Notes: a model not told the origin generated them from the sequence alone. Counted from the first letter of the whole stretch, positions 14,658-28,557 are shown. The stretch: 58,773 nucleotides of DNA, filler included, from Catajapyx aquilonaris (GCA_000934665.2; 4 parts of 4 records of this genome joined end to end with filler, not necessarily neighbours in it); one strand, 5' to 3'. Made by a program: numbers and translations.

Positions 14658-17600
14658 CACAGGCAATAATAACAAAGTCAATCTCAATAACAAAAATACA
14701 TTTTGACACTTAAACTGATTGCATATATTGAAAATGTGTAGGCCTATATTTTTTTAAAAAAATATTTACAGACTGTTCCGTTATAATTCGTCTAACTTTC
14801 CCATCTCCTTCGTCACTACACGGTTTTCAGTCAGCATAATAATTGTCAGCATATTTGGGGACGGCAAAATTTGAATAACTTCCACCAAATGGAAGAAATA
14901 AAAATATTTAGAAATCTGACCATCACTCATTCTTCTCATCCTCTACGTACAACGGAATTACGTACTCTGCATACTCTGATTCATATAATGTATGTTTTAG
15001 ACAAACTTATAGACTATCGAGAGTGAACTGTTGGATACCAGAGGATCACTTCATTTCTCTCCAGCGTCGTTTAATGACATAATTATATTCATCAAGATGC
15101 AAAATACATATCACGTACTTTGGATACAATGCGACACTTGCACCTCCTCGACCTTAAAAAAATATTGCAATTTATATTTTGGGTAACGCATACGGTAACG
15201 AGGCACAAAATACTACTGCTACTGCATAGCAGTCATAAATCTTCCTACCTGGAGCGTCACTATATAATTTTGTATAAATTAATACGAAATGACATAACTG
15301 GCAGACCTCCGGAAAAAAGCAGGAGCCCGTAGAAGTTAGGGAAAGGTGTCAGGCAGTAAGGGATCGCCGGTCACCTAACTTTCAGGATAAAGCCCAGAGG
15401 AATTTCCATGTGGATGGAGTAGGAGTTATGGCAATCTAGTTATTGTAGAGGCCGCCATTTCTGGTCCATCAGGTACCGGATAAATTCAGTGCAGTGGTTC
15501 TCGATTTATTTTGGCACTAAGCTTCTTATTAGTCATATAAGTCGAGTTTTTGAAGGTAAAATTAGGTATGGGATTTTCAGGACGCCTTTTGTGCTCAGGG
15601 GACAAGATTTTTTGGTGGAAAATATGCATTAGTGCTGTGTATAAGAAATAAATAATGAAATACAGTTGACTCCGGATATGACAGCCTCGGCTATAACAGA
15701 CTTGAAAGGCCATTCCCGGCGTACTTATACATCAGGCCCGGTGTATTTTTTTATACTCCTGATATAACATTCATTTTCACCCCACCTCGGCTATAACAGA
15801 CCATTTTTTGGCCCATCGCCTCGACGGGAAAATATGCTGTTTTTGATTATTCAACTTCTTTCCGATGCTCAGGAAAGCGGAGAATACTGGAGCAGTGGTT
15901 ATTTTCCCATCTGTCACTGATCTATGCTACTCAAAATATAAAATTTTCTTGTATATATTTGGCAGCAAGGAGACGGAAGAGGAAGGCTTAATAATGCTAT
16001 TCAGTTCAGTAATTTACTATACAAGTTTCTCTCTATCACCCATGCCAATTGCTGTAATAAATTAGCCCAAGACATCACCTTGTTTCACGTACTCCACAAG
16101 TGCATGCATGTGTTGCATCGCACTCATCAAATGACAATATTAATAAAATATTAGCATAGCACTCTGACCACATAGTTGCGTGATTATTTGTGGACGTTCT
16201 ACCTTGCAAGTTATGCCATATACTAGTATGACTGAGTCACGTACCGTAGCAGGCGTAACGAATAGATTGCCTCTCAGCTAATCTGTTATTGTGTTGGAAA
16301 TAGTGCAGGATAACTCAGCACCTATACAAGTGTGTATGAGACCTATACTGTCTCGATTATTTTATAGTAATGATGGCTGATATTGTGTACAAATTAACGC
16401 TGCTTAATACTGTCACCACCCCCAGCATGTAGCCTATATGCTGCTGGTCATATCAGGTAATGTGCCAGAAAATAAGACATGTGAGTCTTCGGCGCATTGT
16501 TATCACCCACTCGTCCTTTATCCCCGCTAACTAATGTAAATAAGGGCACCGTAACTGCTCCTATCCGCTGCGCTAAAAGTCACCGATAGTCCAGCATTGT
16601 CAGGACAAGGCTGACTATTTGCAAACAATTCCGTTGTTAAAAGCCCTGGCATATGGCACACCACTTTTGGCAAGTTTCCGGTTAGTTTCCCTGTCCTTAT
16701 TGCGCGAGCTTTCTATATTACTTGGCTGGCCATCCAATTAGCCAACATTAGAATATTGTCAATCATCAGTTGAAGAGGAAACAATAGCAGGAGAGTGTAT
16801 ATTGATTACGAGTGTCTATTCGGTTATCACCGGTGATAACAGCAGGTGCTGTGCTTTCGTCACGCTGATTTGCTTCAGAGAAAAAGCTAGAGCTCATTTT
16901 GCGATCATCCGCCGCATAGTGTACTCACGCTGGTCAGGTATGGCCCCGCTCAAGGTGAAACGACATGCAGATGGATGAGGAAGAAGGAAGAACCATAAGA
17001 ACATGAAGACTTAGCCCTGTGATGATGACTTGCGTGCGAGGGTCATTCATATGACTGAAGCGAATGGCCCGAGTGAATAGACATGCAGTGAGTGTACATG
17101 AACGGATGTCTTGGTGTTGACGTCAGACATCTTCATCCGGATTATTTATCTGCATTGGAGCAATTTTAAGAAAGTAAGAACTCCTTTTTTTAAAATACCT
17201 CATATAGTTATAGTCACATACAAATATTTGCACTTTTGATAATCAAGTATCGGCGATAGAACCTCAGGTGCACGGAAAGTGCCAATGGATAGATATTTCT
17301 GGTGTCACTGATATCCAGAATGATCTTGGTGACATTTTGCGCTTAAAATTTAGGCTAGACATTGTTTCATTAGTGGCGGGACAAGTCGGTATTCTGATAA
17401 AGCTGATGACGAGGATTCTCACGGAAAATTGTAAGGAAGGAATGCGTGCAAGGATAAAATGCTGTATTCACATAGCTGCAGGCCTATCTCAAAATCATTA
17501 GTGTGAATCTGGTTTCTTGTTCTGCATATCAAGTCCTTTTTTATTCCAGGCCACATCTTTTCGAGAGAAATTCTATTGGCAAAATCACGAGACCATTATT

Positions 17601-18968
17601 ATCTTGAATTGCATTATTTTTCCTCGTGGGCCACATTTAGCGCATACTTTTTGCAGAATAATAGGCTACATACCTATATGTCATGACTCATGTTTACGTT
17701 GTACATGAATAACTGAGAAGCCTGTGCTCGTATTATCGTGATGGTGTAGTCAAAACACCGTCCCCGCAGCACTACCGGCCTACGCAAATGTCTGAAGACT
17801 AACACACCCGTCTTGCGAGTTGCTGTTTCTCAGACACAAAGACCTGCACCAATATAGCGACATCTGATCCTCAACGTCCGTGAGAGTGTGATCTTATTAA
17901 TTTTCAAAAGGTCAGTTATGACTCATCGATTTGACTCGTTCCTCTTCGTGTAGACTTTTTTCTTTCTTCGAGGAGTGGTCTTTATCCGCTTTTCAATCGT
18001 GGCGGAACATTGGCTTTGCACCACGCTTCTCTGGAACCCTGTACAACCTTGCACATGATGCCAATTTTATGGGCACTTAATCACATAGCGGTACTGCATT
18101 CTGCTTTCTATGCTGTACTGTACTGGCACCTGTCAAGTGTCCACTTGCAAAGTTTGTGGTAGTCATACCCACTTTTGACTGAAAATGAGATGTGGTTTCC
18201 GTTGCAACTCTTTTCCCACGCACTTCGTATGTCAGCTACGAAAGGTTTAAAAATTTTTACAATTGCCAACTGTGACATAATCAGGAGGTATCTTATTAAT
18301 TAGCAAAGTACAATACTACTGAGATGTCTCAGGGTCCTTGTATGTATTGCAAGTGATACAAAGTAATGATGAGGCTGACTGTCAGGAATGAGTGACAATG
18401 AGGGACTCTCGAGATTCAAGACGATAGCCCCTCATATGAAAAAGCATAGAAGAAAATGATTACAGCATCTGCATGTATGTAACTTGATTACTACAAGCAT
18501 AATGTGTGCATATATACGGGAGAAACCCACTGTAAGTTTTTTTCTAAACCAGTTTCGATATAATCTAAAGAAAATATTTTTGATCCTGCCCTTGCTTACA
18601 TGCTAATGATCACACAAAATTCTGGCTGGCTGGCTCACAATGAATGTTTAGGATTAAATGGTCTTCACCAAGGGTAGAGCAGAAAAAATGCTACTTATGG
18701 AGGTGTAAATAACTCAAAACCGACAAAACTGCTGGCCTTAGTGAATTTCCCCTGTATGCCGGCGATAAATAAGTCCAGTAAGAACATTTTGTAAACAGGG
18801 TGTGTCATTGCTGCAGGTGCAAGAACATCTGCTATGATGTTGAGGTAGGTTAGGTATAGGCACCTGTCACAAAACTCTCATTGCAGGGAGGGGTGCCCAG
18901 TTTTGTGCATTATTGCGGCCTGTAACAAATTGTGATCGCCTAATCCCCCTGCTAAATATATATACCAC

Positions 18969-19277
18969 TTGCCACCGTTGCAGTCAATAATGTATGGAAT
19001 TATTCAACGTGCCATTGTTCTCTCGCTCTTCCGGAAATTCTCTCCAGATATCGCGGCGTTCCAGGAATTAAACATGAGCAAATCCACTCTCTTTTTTGTT
19101 CATAAATCTTCGAATTTTTGCCCTTGCCAAATAATTTCCGTCGGCCAACAACATATTCATGTATTCGATAAGGTTGAAGCCAGACGAACAGCGTCATCAG
19201 TGGGCACAAAGCCGGAAGGGACCTTGACGTTCACTCTCATAGTCTCATCCAGGAACACTGCCTGCATTTGGAGCTAG
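18969..19277 (+). mobile_element. Possible decayed non-LTR retrotransposon APE-endonuclease fragment
   Basis: ORF contains FRKFSPDIAAFQELN, resembling the DIxxLQE motif of LINE endonucleases; no other motifs confirmed. Confidence 0.3.
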
Positions 19278-20426
19278 ACATCAACAATAATAATGCTCTC
19301 GTGTCACTCAAGTCCGCCGGCATGTCGCCAATATGGCGCATAACACATTGCAGTAAAAGCGGGGGAATTACCATCAAAAAGATCCTGGATCATGTGGAAT
19401 CCACACATGCTGTACGTGCACAAATAGCTTTGAATGCCGCTGAATAGTGCACAAAATAATACTGATGCTTATTATTGCAGATCTATAGGCAAACGGATGG
19501 CAAAACTTATTCCAGTACCGGTATTTCAAAAAAATGCGTTGAAGTGCATCACATTAACCCAGTTTAAAAATAAAAAAAACTTAAAGTGGTAGATATCTTT
19601 TCCGACATAAAAACCATGGTGTAACTAAATAATTATTACAACAACAACAAAAGTGTACCAGACTAAGACATAGCATACTCATATAAGTTGAAGGTCATGG
19701 AATATAATTATCATTCATCAAGTGCATCGTGTGTTACTCTTGTAATGTATGTTTACATCAGTAATGTATGCTGAGCTCTAGATTATTGGAAAATGTTTGT
19801 TAATATGGTACGTACTGCACCAGGAAAGTGGAGGGCAATGTCCCTCTGGGGGGAAACCCCAGTCAGGATAATTTCCATGACGATAATATGGGGTGATGGT
19901 GTACTGTCATGCTAAACAATATAATTGCAGTAGTCTCCATGCACTCCCCATGAATCGAATGAGAAGTGCATCATAAAGGTAACCAATAATGGAGGTGCTG
20001 TGATCTATTCTATAGCTCACATGTCGGTGTCCCCAAGAGAAGATGGAGTTATGCAGGAGTTATGGCAATGCCTCTCTGTAGTCTGTACGAAATAACCGGG
20101 CCGGAAATGTTACTATGACATGCGCCTATTAATTATGCAATAGACCTAATGATAACAAGCAAAAATAGCTATAACGGTATGATCTGAGCTCGTCGTAACG
20201 ACAGAAGCATGCTTCAGCATGAGTTATATGCTCTTTTAATACAGCTCACAGTACTCACACTATTAATGCACGTTAATGCTTTCTGCAGCATGCCACATGG
20301 GAGAAATTAAAACGGTGTTGACTCTTGTGTTCATGTAGTTTTATTTAGTTTGAGCTAATTTTTGTGCAATTTTGCTGAGTTTCTCTCCCATTGCTCTGCA
20401 TTGTTTGAGTGTACGACTCTAAAACA

Positions 20427-20478
20427 GCCGAAGTAGTTGATTTGATTTGATTTGATTGATTTGATTGCCGAAGTAGTT
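20427..20478 (-). mobile_element. Tail-only retroposon insertion: (GATTT)n between 12-bp direct repeats
   Basis: GCCGAAGTAGTT at 20427-20438 and 20467-20478 flanks 28 bp of GATTT repeats. Confidence 0.6.
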
Positions 20479-21288
20479 AGTCTCGTATTTGTTTGCTTGC
20501 ATGTTCCCATCATATACCGCACTGCAGTATGTTATGCGGAGAGCTACATCATGAAGAGGTGCCCTACTTGCAGTTATTCTGATCCGGTAACTAACGTACG
20601 TGGTCCTAAAAGGAATAAATATTGGGTCTTGACAGGAGTGAATAACATTTGAGCAATGGCTCCTGACAAAATATCAGGACCTCAATAATTACGCGAAACA
20701 TATAACATACAAGGAAAAAATAGGCAGTATCGGGGTCACACGCACGGCTTTTGATCTGCATCAAATGATAATATTTGGCTCGAACAAAGGAACAAGGTGA
20801 TGATGTATTGGCCTACGATGTAGACGTCATCAGATGAGAAATAGCCCTATAACCAAAATGGGTCAATTAATGGTGAATATACAGGAAAAATGTGCGTGAA
20901 TAGCCAACATAATTATTATCTGGAATACTTATGGCGATGTTATGCAATGTGGATATCGTATGCAGTTTTATTTGTCCGTACAAAGTATATTCCTATAGAT
21001 GTAATGGTTTTGACCGTGACAAAAGTTGTACGTGCCATCCATGGGCAACAAACGTCAAATACGACAAGAATATGACAAGGTCTTCTGTCACCTCTTGTGT
21101 CAGAACAAGGTCAGTTACAGAGTATAGTTAGCCTTCTGAAGACTCACGTTACGTAATGGCAGAACCTCTCTCGTAAATTGGACGGAATTCGCTTCATCCA
21201 AATCACAAAATTCTTAAACGTATTAAAACGTCACATGTTGCTTAATTTCTGCTTTATTACGTTTCACTTTTCAGAAAGTGTAATCAAA

Positions 21289-24200
21289 ATGGAGTACGAC
21301 AGAGATTCCCTTTCGGGAATTGACATCATAACCCGCAATAGCATGCACTCCCTCCGAAGTCACAGCCAAGTATCGCTCTTTATCCGGGAAGCTATCAGAG
21401 CACAAGTGGACGACCGGAATTGGTCTTGGAGCTACTTACGAGTAAGGTCTTTATTACACGCTAATCTAATGTGCTATCTATTTTTTTAAAAAAAATGTTA
21501 ATGCTTGTATTCCAGAAAAGATTCAGAGAAAGAGGCCTGGAGGGTCTGTTCGCACGATACCGACAGCGACTGCAACATTCGTACTTCTCCGTGTACCTTT
21601 TATTTTCCATGGCTGTATGTACGGCCTACATCGTGGTTTTACTCTCTCTCAACTGGGTAAGTTCCATGAGAATTGAGCAATTTGGCATATACAGTGCTCC
21701 TTCGATTCACATTTAAATCACTCGATCTGCACCTCATTTTATCACAACCCGACGTTCCTTTCTGTTTCAGAACAACCTGGAGGACATATTCTCAGAGCTG
21801 GCTGGTCAGGTGGTGACCTTTTCCACTTGTTTCACACTCATGGTGATATTGTACAACGAAAAAGTGTTCTTAAAGCATCCCCACCTCCAAATAACATTTT
21901 CGTGCATTATGGTGTGCATGATCACTATGATAGACAACGGCATCGCCATATACATGTCCTACTTAAAGCACGTGGACAGAACCTCGTGGACATTTGTGAC
22001 CCTGATAGGCGTGTACGTGTACCTACCCCTCCCTCGTAAGTGGCACTGCGCTCTTGCAGGAACCGTGGTGTCACTGGTGCATTTAATCACCATTAGCTTG
22101 TTCACCTACAGGGGACAGGACCTAGCCCAACTCGTAAGTATAGCATGACGTCAATGTCAATATTATGCAGTGTTTGTTGCTTTTGCCCATTTGGACACCT
22201 ACGTACTGTGCTGTACTCGTACGTACGTGTCATTTAGTTACTGCCAGTATGTGCGCAGTACTGCGCGCATATATCGGTACATGTCGCATTTTCTGATGAT
22301 AACAAAACAGCAGCACAAATATGAAACGCAAGAGTTATTGTCGTCCAACGTCAGATGCACTGAAAAACATTTCTATTGAAGTAAAGTGACTGGTACATCA
22401 ATACTGTATATATAGGCCTAGACTCTTGATGTACCTATATACCAGTAGTATAAAGTATTCATCCATATTATGGTACTGACGTTACAATGGGCAACAATGA
22501 CGTCAAAAAACACCATGACAGGTTGCTACTCTGCTCCAGTGTATATATTAATTAAATCCTATGCCATGCATGAATATTGCTTCAATATATAGGTAACTAG
22601 GAGCTGGTCCATATACATCTTTTAATGTCCCTAAAATGTAGGTAGCAGCTGATGCAATATACTGCTTTTGTACAAATGCTGTCGGGATGTTTTACCGATT
22701 CGTCACCGAAATAACAGTCAGGAGAACTTTTCTGGATAGAAGAGCCTGCATAGAATCCACCTACAAACTCAAGTACGAAAAGGATCAGGAGGTATTCCAC
22801 AATTGTATCTTATCGCATTTCTCGTTCAACCCAGTCCAGAAAAAGTACTGTTATTTTTCATTGTGACGCAGGAACGTCTACTCCTGAGCATATTGCCAAA
22901 GCACATAGCCTACCAAGTGAAAAAGGACATCCGGGGAGCTATCCATGACATGACGTACCACAGGCGACCAATGCCCAGAAAGCCCTTCAGGTAAGGGGGA
23001 ACAAACTTCTAATGACGTAGTTAGGCCTGCTGGTGACGTTAAGTCACTGGCGATAGCACAGAAGTATCTGTATGTACGATCGGAAGCTTTGTGTGCAAGT
23101 AAAATTATCTGTATGTGATTAGGAAACAATTGCACGGGATCAAGCTTTGTCGGTTGATCCATATTTATCAAAAGACTAACTAATACTCTCGGTTATGACA
23201 CTAGGATCTATCATCACACTTTTTTGATGAAGTTATTACCGAATAATCCCGCCACATCACTTTACGAGGCTTTGACCTTTACAGCGAGCTGTACGTCGAA
23301 AAGCACCACAATGTGAGCATTTTATACGCCGACATTGTCAATTTCACTCCGTTGACTAGAACATTGACAGCGTCTGAGCTTGTGGAAACTCTTAACGAAC
23401 TGTTTGGAAAGTTCGACGATGCCGCAGATGTACGTAATTCATGGTTAATATTACGTTATATAATCACGTTTAAAATTATTATTATTATTTCTTGTAACTG
23501 GCACAGAAATCTGGATGTCTACGCATCAAAATCTTAGGCGATTGTTACTATTGCGTATCGGGCGTCCCTACAGCGACTTCAGACCATGCCAAGAACTCTG
23601 TCAAGATGGGGCTGGCTATGATCGAAGTAATTCGCAACATCAGGTCAGAACCATGTCGTCGTCGCTATTTGCAATGTGGACTAACTTTTCTCCTCCTTTT
23701 TTGTAGAGAGGAACGAGAAATGGACATAGACATGAGGATAGGTATTCACTCTGGAAGTATCCTCAGCGGCTTGATGGGTATCTGCAAGTGGCAGTTTGAT
23801 ATCTGGTCTCGAGATGTTACTATCGCTAATCACATGGAGCAGTCTGGAAAGCCGGGGTGAGTGTGCACGCAAACAAGCGACGCACTTGAGATCATGAAGC
23901 TCGTACAGTACACAGCTTGCATGAGTACCTAAATGCACTTTCAAAAACTTCTATTTGAGTCGGTGAGAATTCAATCATCCAAAGTCCTACTGTTTCTAAA
24001 ATAGAAACATTGGTTGGTAAATGTCCTGCTTATATGAATAGTATATTACTAACGTATAATTTAAGCGAACTCTCACTGAGACACCCTTATACTTATTCAA
24101 CACACGGTAATGATATATTTCCTCATTCAAAGTACCGCCGATTTAATCCTTCGTCAATGTGTCTAACATTGCTCTTTTCTCTAGGCGAGTTCATATCACT

Positions 24201-27200
24201 ATGCAGACTCGAGACATCCTTGGAAATGAGTATGAGTACGAACCTGGTTATGGAGAGTTACACAGCGAATATTTGTCCGAAAATAACATCGAAACCTTTT
24301 TAGTCGTTCCTCCTACACCTAAAATGTCAAATGTGAGTATTAACAGACCAGTGTGGTCAAAATAATAAGTAATGCATGTCAATAAATCTAGGCCAAACAT
24401 ATATGCTCGTGCTGCAAAATCATCGACACTTTAGCGTGGTTACTGGGGGTTTCTCCTCTCTTGCTAGAGTGCTGATGGTTGCGAAGCGCTATAGGATGCT
24501 ATAGTAGTATAGGGCGAAGCTGTTTTTTTCCACAAAAAATACAGGACAGTTCCTTACAGGGACGTAGTGATCTGGACCGAGTAGCAGGAATCCATGGAGG
24601 AAACGGAAACATCCGGAAAGGAAGCTTAGCCGGGCCAGTTAGCATGAAAATCCAGGACTACAAGGTATGGATCACTTTCTCGATAGGCTATGAATCAGGA
24701 TGCTATTATTTTGAAGTTGCCGGTTTCTATCTGGCATGCGCTTTCCTGCAATTGCGTTCCAATATAGTGAGAAATGATCCTTTATAAAAATAGAGGAAGT
24801 CCAGCGGGACTACAGCGTCTAGACGACGAACCGTCTTGATGGACGAAAGTTTGGCTTGCTACCAAAGGATGCTGAACTTGGCCAATAGTCATATGAAGAA
24901 CGCCATAGACAAGATGCCTCTGAACAAATACGAGTGAGTTTTAGAGGAAGACTACTTGACAATATTTTGTACACGATCACCGATTCCCTCGATTTTGATT
25001 TTCGCACTGATCATCACACACATCGTAGATCTCAACTGATCCTCTTCACCCTTCAAGTGATCATCACATTAAACCTTTACGACCCTCCTGATCATCTAAG
25101 TTGCTCAAGTGCGAAATATTCGAATGTCTGTATACTCTAGCTTATTTTTGTGTTAAAAATCACTTATTGATCTTCAAAATTGACAGCCAATGGTGCTATC
25201 CAGACGGTATCAACCCATTGTCGCTTACATTTGATGACGTAAAGTGGGAAATACCATACCAGAAGCAACCTGACCCGCTCTTCAAGTTCTACACAGCATG
25301 CGCCTTCTTCATCCTAGGGTGCATGGCCATCATACAGTCACTTGCCTTGCACAGGTTGGTACTCAACACATGCGAATAAATTGTCGTCGAAGTTGTAATT
25401 ATTGCTATTGTTTCATGGAGTCTTAAGCTGGGTCTGAATAATATGATTCCACGCAGCTCCTTTAGAGTGTTTTGGATCACGTTTGGATCTTCTGCATTTC
25501 TGGCTGTGGTACTGCTGCCATGCGAGTGGATCGGATATGCCTGGAACAGGATGAAAGATCCACATCGCGAGCTGGACATGATTCCTCCTCCTCCGGCTAA
25601 AATTCTCCGGTTCTTTTGCTACACGTCAGAACTCATTACGACCAGCTGGACGGCCAGGACTGTCATATTTATCCTGGTGTCACTGGCCATCAACATGTGC
25701 GCCATCATTGATGTGGTAAAGACTGTTTCACTGTAACAGTGTTGGGAATGTGCCAGAATTGCCCAGTAATGTTGTCAACACTGATCTTCCTCCAGATGGA
25801 ATGTTATCCAGTCTCCAACACCACTCAGCTTCATCCGATTTATAACAAGAGCACAAGTCGCCACACACGCTATCATAATAATGCCATAGAGCCAACGGTG
25901 TCACTAAATGAGTTAACATGTGGTTCACCTTGGGTAAGGCTATACTGACATACGTGTCATAATTGAGTGGTCATATAGGATGAAGGGTGTGTCCCATCCA
26001 GTGTTCAATAGTTAATGAACAGTCCTACGAGATACTGATTCTTTACCCAGCATTGAAGATACGCAAGCAAGGCTGCGTGTAGTTTCTTTGTGTATACTAT
26101 GGTGAACACTCACTCGAATGCGATTCGACGCGACACTCCTGATTATCGAAGATCCTCCGGATCATAATTTCAAAAATGGTCCGGATTGCTGCACTTACGA
26201 ATATGTTGCTTTCCAAGCCTTCTAACCTAGACGCCCATTGTTGTAAGCACAACTCTTCAAATATCCCCATTCGCGGCTCTTTTAACAGGTGAAAACAGGA
26301 TACCCGGCTTCTTGTGACAAATTCGTTCGTGGTGACTTTTTCGGTCATTCCAGCAGCCTGTGTTTCACTTCTAGGATTTTTTCCCCCTCTAAAGGACGTC
26401 ATCTACCAAGCTGTATTGGTCCAAAACACTTGGTGCAGCAATCCTGACTATTAATGTTGACATGCTGCAGAGGGCCTTCGATAATAAGGAGAGTCGAGTC
26501 TATAGTCGCGTTCGAGTGCGTATGGAGGTCGTTGAAGGTCTATCCCAGAATTTATTTTGAATGATGCAACATTCCCATGAACTAAGGTAACGTTTAAACC
26601 AAATATCACGTTTCTAGGTAGAGTGGTAAGAAAAATATAGTCCATTCTTTGGGGGTACTAGCTATGAAGAGAAACACCTTTACTGAAAAGTCGTGTCTGA
26701 TTGGCATATACCCTTTCTCCCCCAACCCACTCAATTACGCTACGAAATACGTAGTAAAAGTTACAAAGTTGGTAACATTCCTTGTTTTGCAGTACTTCAC
26801 ATACAGCTGTGCCCTTGGAATAATGGCGACATCCACCTTCTTCAGAGTGCATTTCATATTCAAGTTCCTCGTCAGTGCCACGTTTGTCGTTGTGTTCAGC
26901 ATTATTGCCACCCTCGGCCGTCCCTTGATGTTCCAGGTTTGCATTTATTAGACTGGACCAGTTGTTCTAGCCAAGCGATGCGATTATTTGTAATTTTTGC
27001 AGGAAGGTGTCACAGTTTCAACTGGTCTCGGGGCTGTGGCCTCGCACATCTTCTACCTCACGCTCAGTGCCGCCATCTTTCATATCATGGACAGACAGGT
27101 GAAATATATGCCTACACTATGTTGCAATTTGATTGTCTGTACTTTGGTAGACTTTGACCCCTTGTTAAACGCTAGATGGAGTATATCGGTAGACTGGATT

Positions 27201-28502
27201 TCAAATGGAAGCGTCAGCTGACCAAAGAGCAAGAAGAAGCTTCAACCACGCGAGTAGTCAACAAGCTTCTTTTGCAGAACATTTTGCCTGCTCATGTCGG
27301 TAAGTCGGTAGTTAACATGCTAATTACTATCTAAGCACATTTTTTTTTTTCCCATGAAGCTGATATATACCTCAACGTCAGCCGCTCTCCGGAAGAGCTC
27401 TACCATGAGGAATACGCTGCCGTCTCCGTCATGTTCGCTTCGATCCCAAACTACGTAGATTTCTACACCGAAAACGACTTCAACGACCACGGGCTACGTT
27501 GTTTGCAACTTTTGAACGAAATTATATGCGACTTTGATAGGGTGAGATCAGTAGGCGTATATACAAACTGTCGCATAGCATTGCAACTGGTCGTTGTCGC
27601 TTTTTCAGTTGCTTTTCGAGCCTCAGTTTTCCCGGATTGAGAAGATAAAGGTGGTTGGCAGTACTTACATGGCGGCATGTGGACTCCAGCCTGGTCGGAA
27701 GGGGTCCTCGGAAGATTCGGTCGATGTTGAGAATGAAAAGATGGAAGGCGGGGTCAATGCTGCCACACTGGTCAAGTTCGCTGCTGCCATGTTTGTAGTC
27801 NGGTGGTTGGTCATGACCAGGGGACAGCCTCTAACAGCAGGGAAGAGTCCAAAAATCATCTAACTAAATTCAAATGATGACCAAATCAGACTGGTTCAGT
27901 TGTTAAGTTAGCAGAAGCGATAACAGTAGCAATGAAGTGACGCTTACAAATCGGTGTGGGCACAGTTTATATGAGTAACATTAGACTTCTGCAGCTTCAG
28001 TCTTTTTCGCTGTGCATAGCCTGATGCTTCATCTACAGTATACAGGTAGTAGCCTAACTATCACATCACATAAGGCACATCTATACTAAAAAACCAGATG
28101 ATTCGCAAATCCCACTAATCACTCTACTTATAGGAATTGACTGCGAGCCAGTAATGGCAGGGGTCGTGGGGGCAGGGAAGCCTCTGTACGACATTTGGGG
28201 GAACACGGTCAACATGGCATCTAGAATGAATTCCACTGGTGTTTCTGGAAAAATCCAGGTCACTATTGCCTACACAACTTAACTGGGAACATATACATCC
28301 TCCATCTCGATGGTAATTTCGTGACACATTGTTGCAGGTGACTGAAGAATGCGCGGAGAAGCTCATGTTGGAAGGCTTGAGCTGTGAGTGTCGAGGAAGG
28401 ATCAATGTGAAGGGAAGAGGATTCCTCACTACCTACACTGTCTGCCTTGACGAGCAATTCAACTGTGTTGATGCTGACGACTTGGGAAGCACCTATTTAT
28501 AA
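21289..28502 (+). CDS. ADCY: Membrane-bound (12-TM, class III) adenylyl cyclase, 21 coding exons; subtype uncertain (AC2-like / insect ACX-like)
   Basis: Phase-consistent GT-AG exons read by hand: 21289-21441, 21516-21656, 21771-22133, 22642-22791, 22872-22990, 23285-23429, 23507-23643, 23707-23856, 24185-24332, 24545-24664, 24794-24933, 25187-25354, 25457-25715, 25796-25933, 26793-26936, 27003-27098, 27176-27299, 27360-27541, 27609-~27800 (broken at N 27801), 28134-28258, 28338-28502 (TAA). C1a motifs: [62 protein letters not shown]2a motifs: [66 protein letters not shown]. Two hydrophobic TM clusters (exons 2-4 and 12-16). Confidence 0.95.
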
Positions 28503-28551
28503 AGCAGCAAGATCTCAGTTGCCTCCCTTGTACTAGATATCCTACGATTGT

Positions 28552-28557
28552 AATAAA
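28552..28557 (+). promoter_or_regulatory. Candidate polyadenylation signal of the cyclase gene
   Basis: AATAAA 50 bp after the stop codon; a second AATAAA lies at 28722-28727. Confidence 0.4.

Noticed and set aside
18841..18860. let-7-like TGAGGTAGGTTAGGTATAGG
   Set aside because: Only the 5' end matches and no complementary star arm forms a precursor hairpin.
26693..27157. 154-aa ORF overlapping cyclase exons 15-16
   Set aside because: Alternative-frame read-through across exons and introns with no recognisable motifs.
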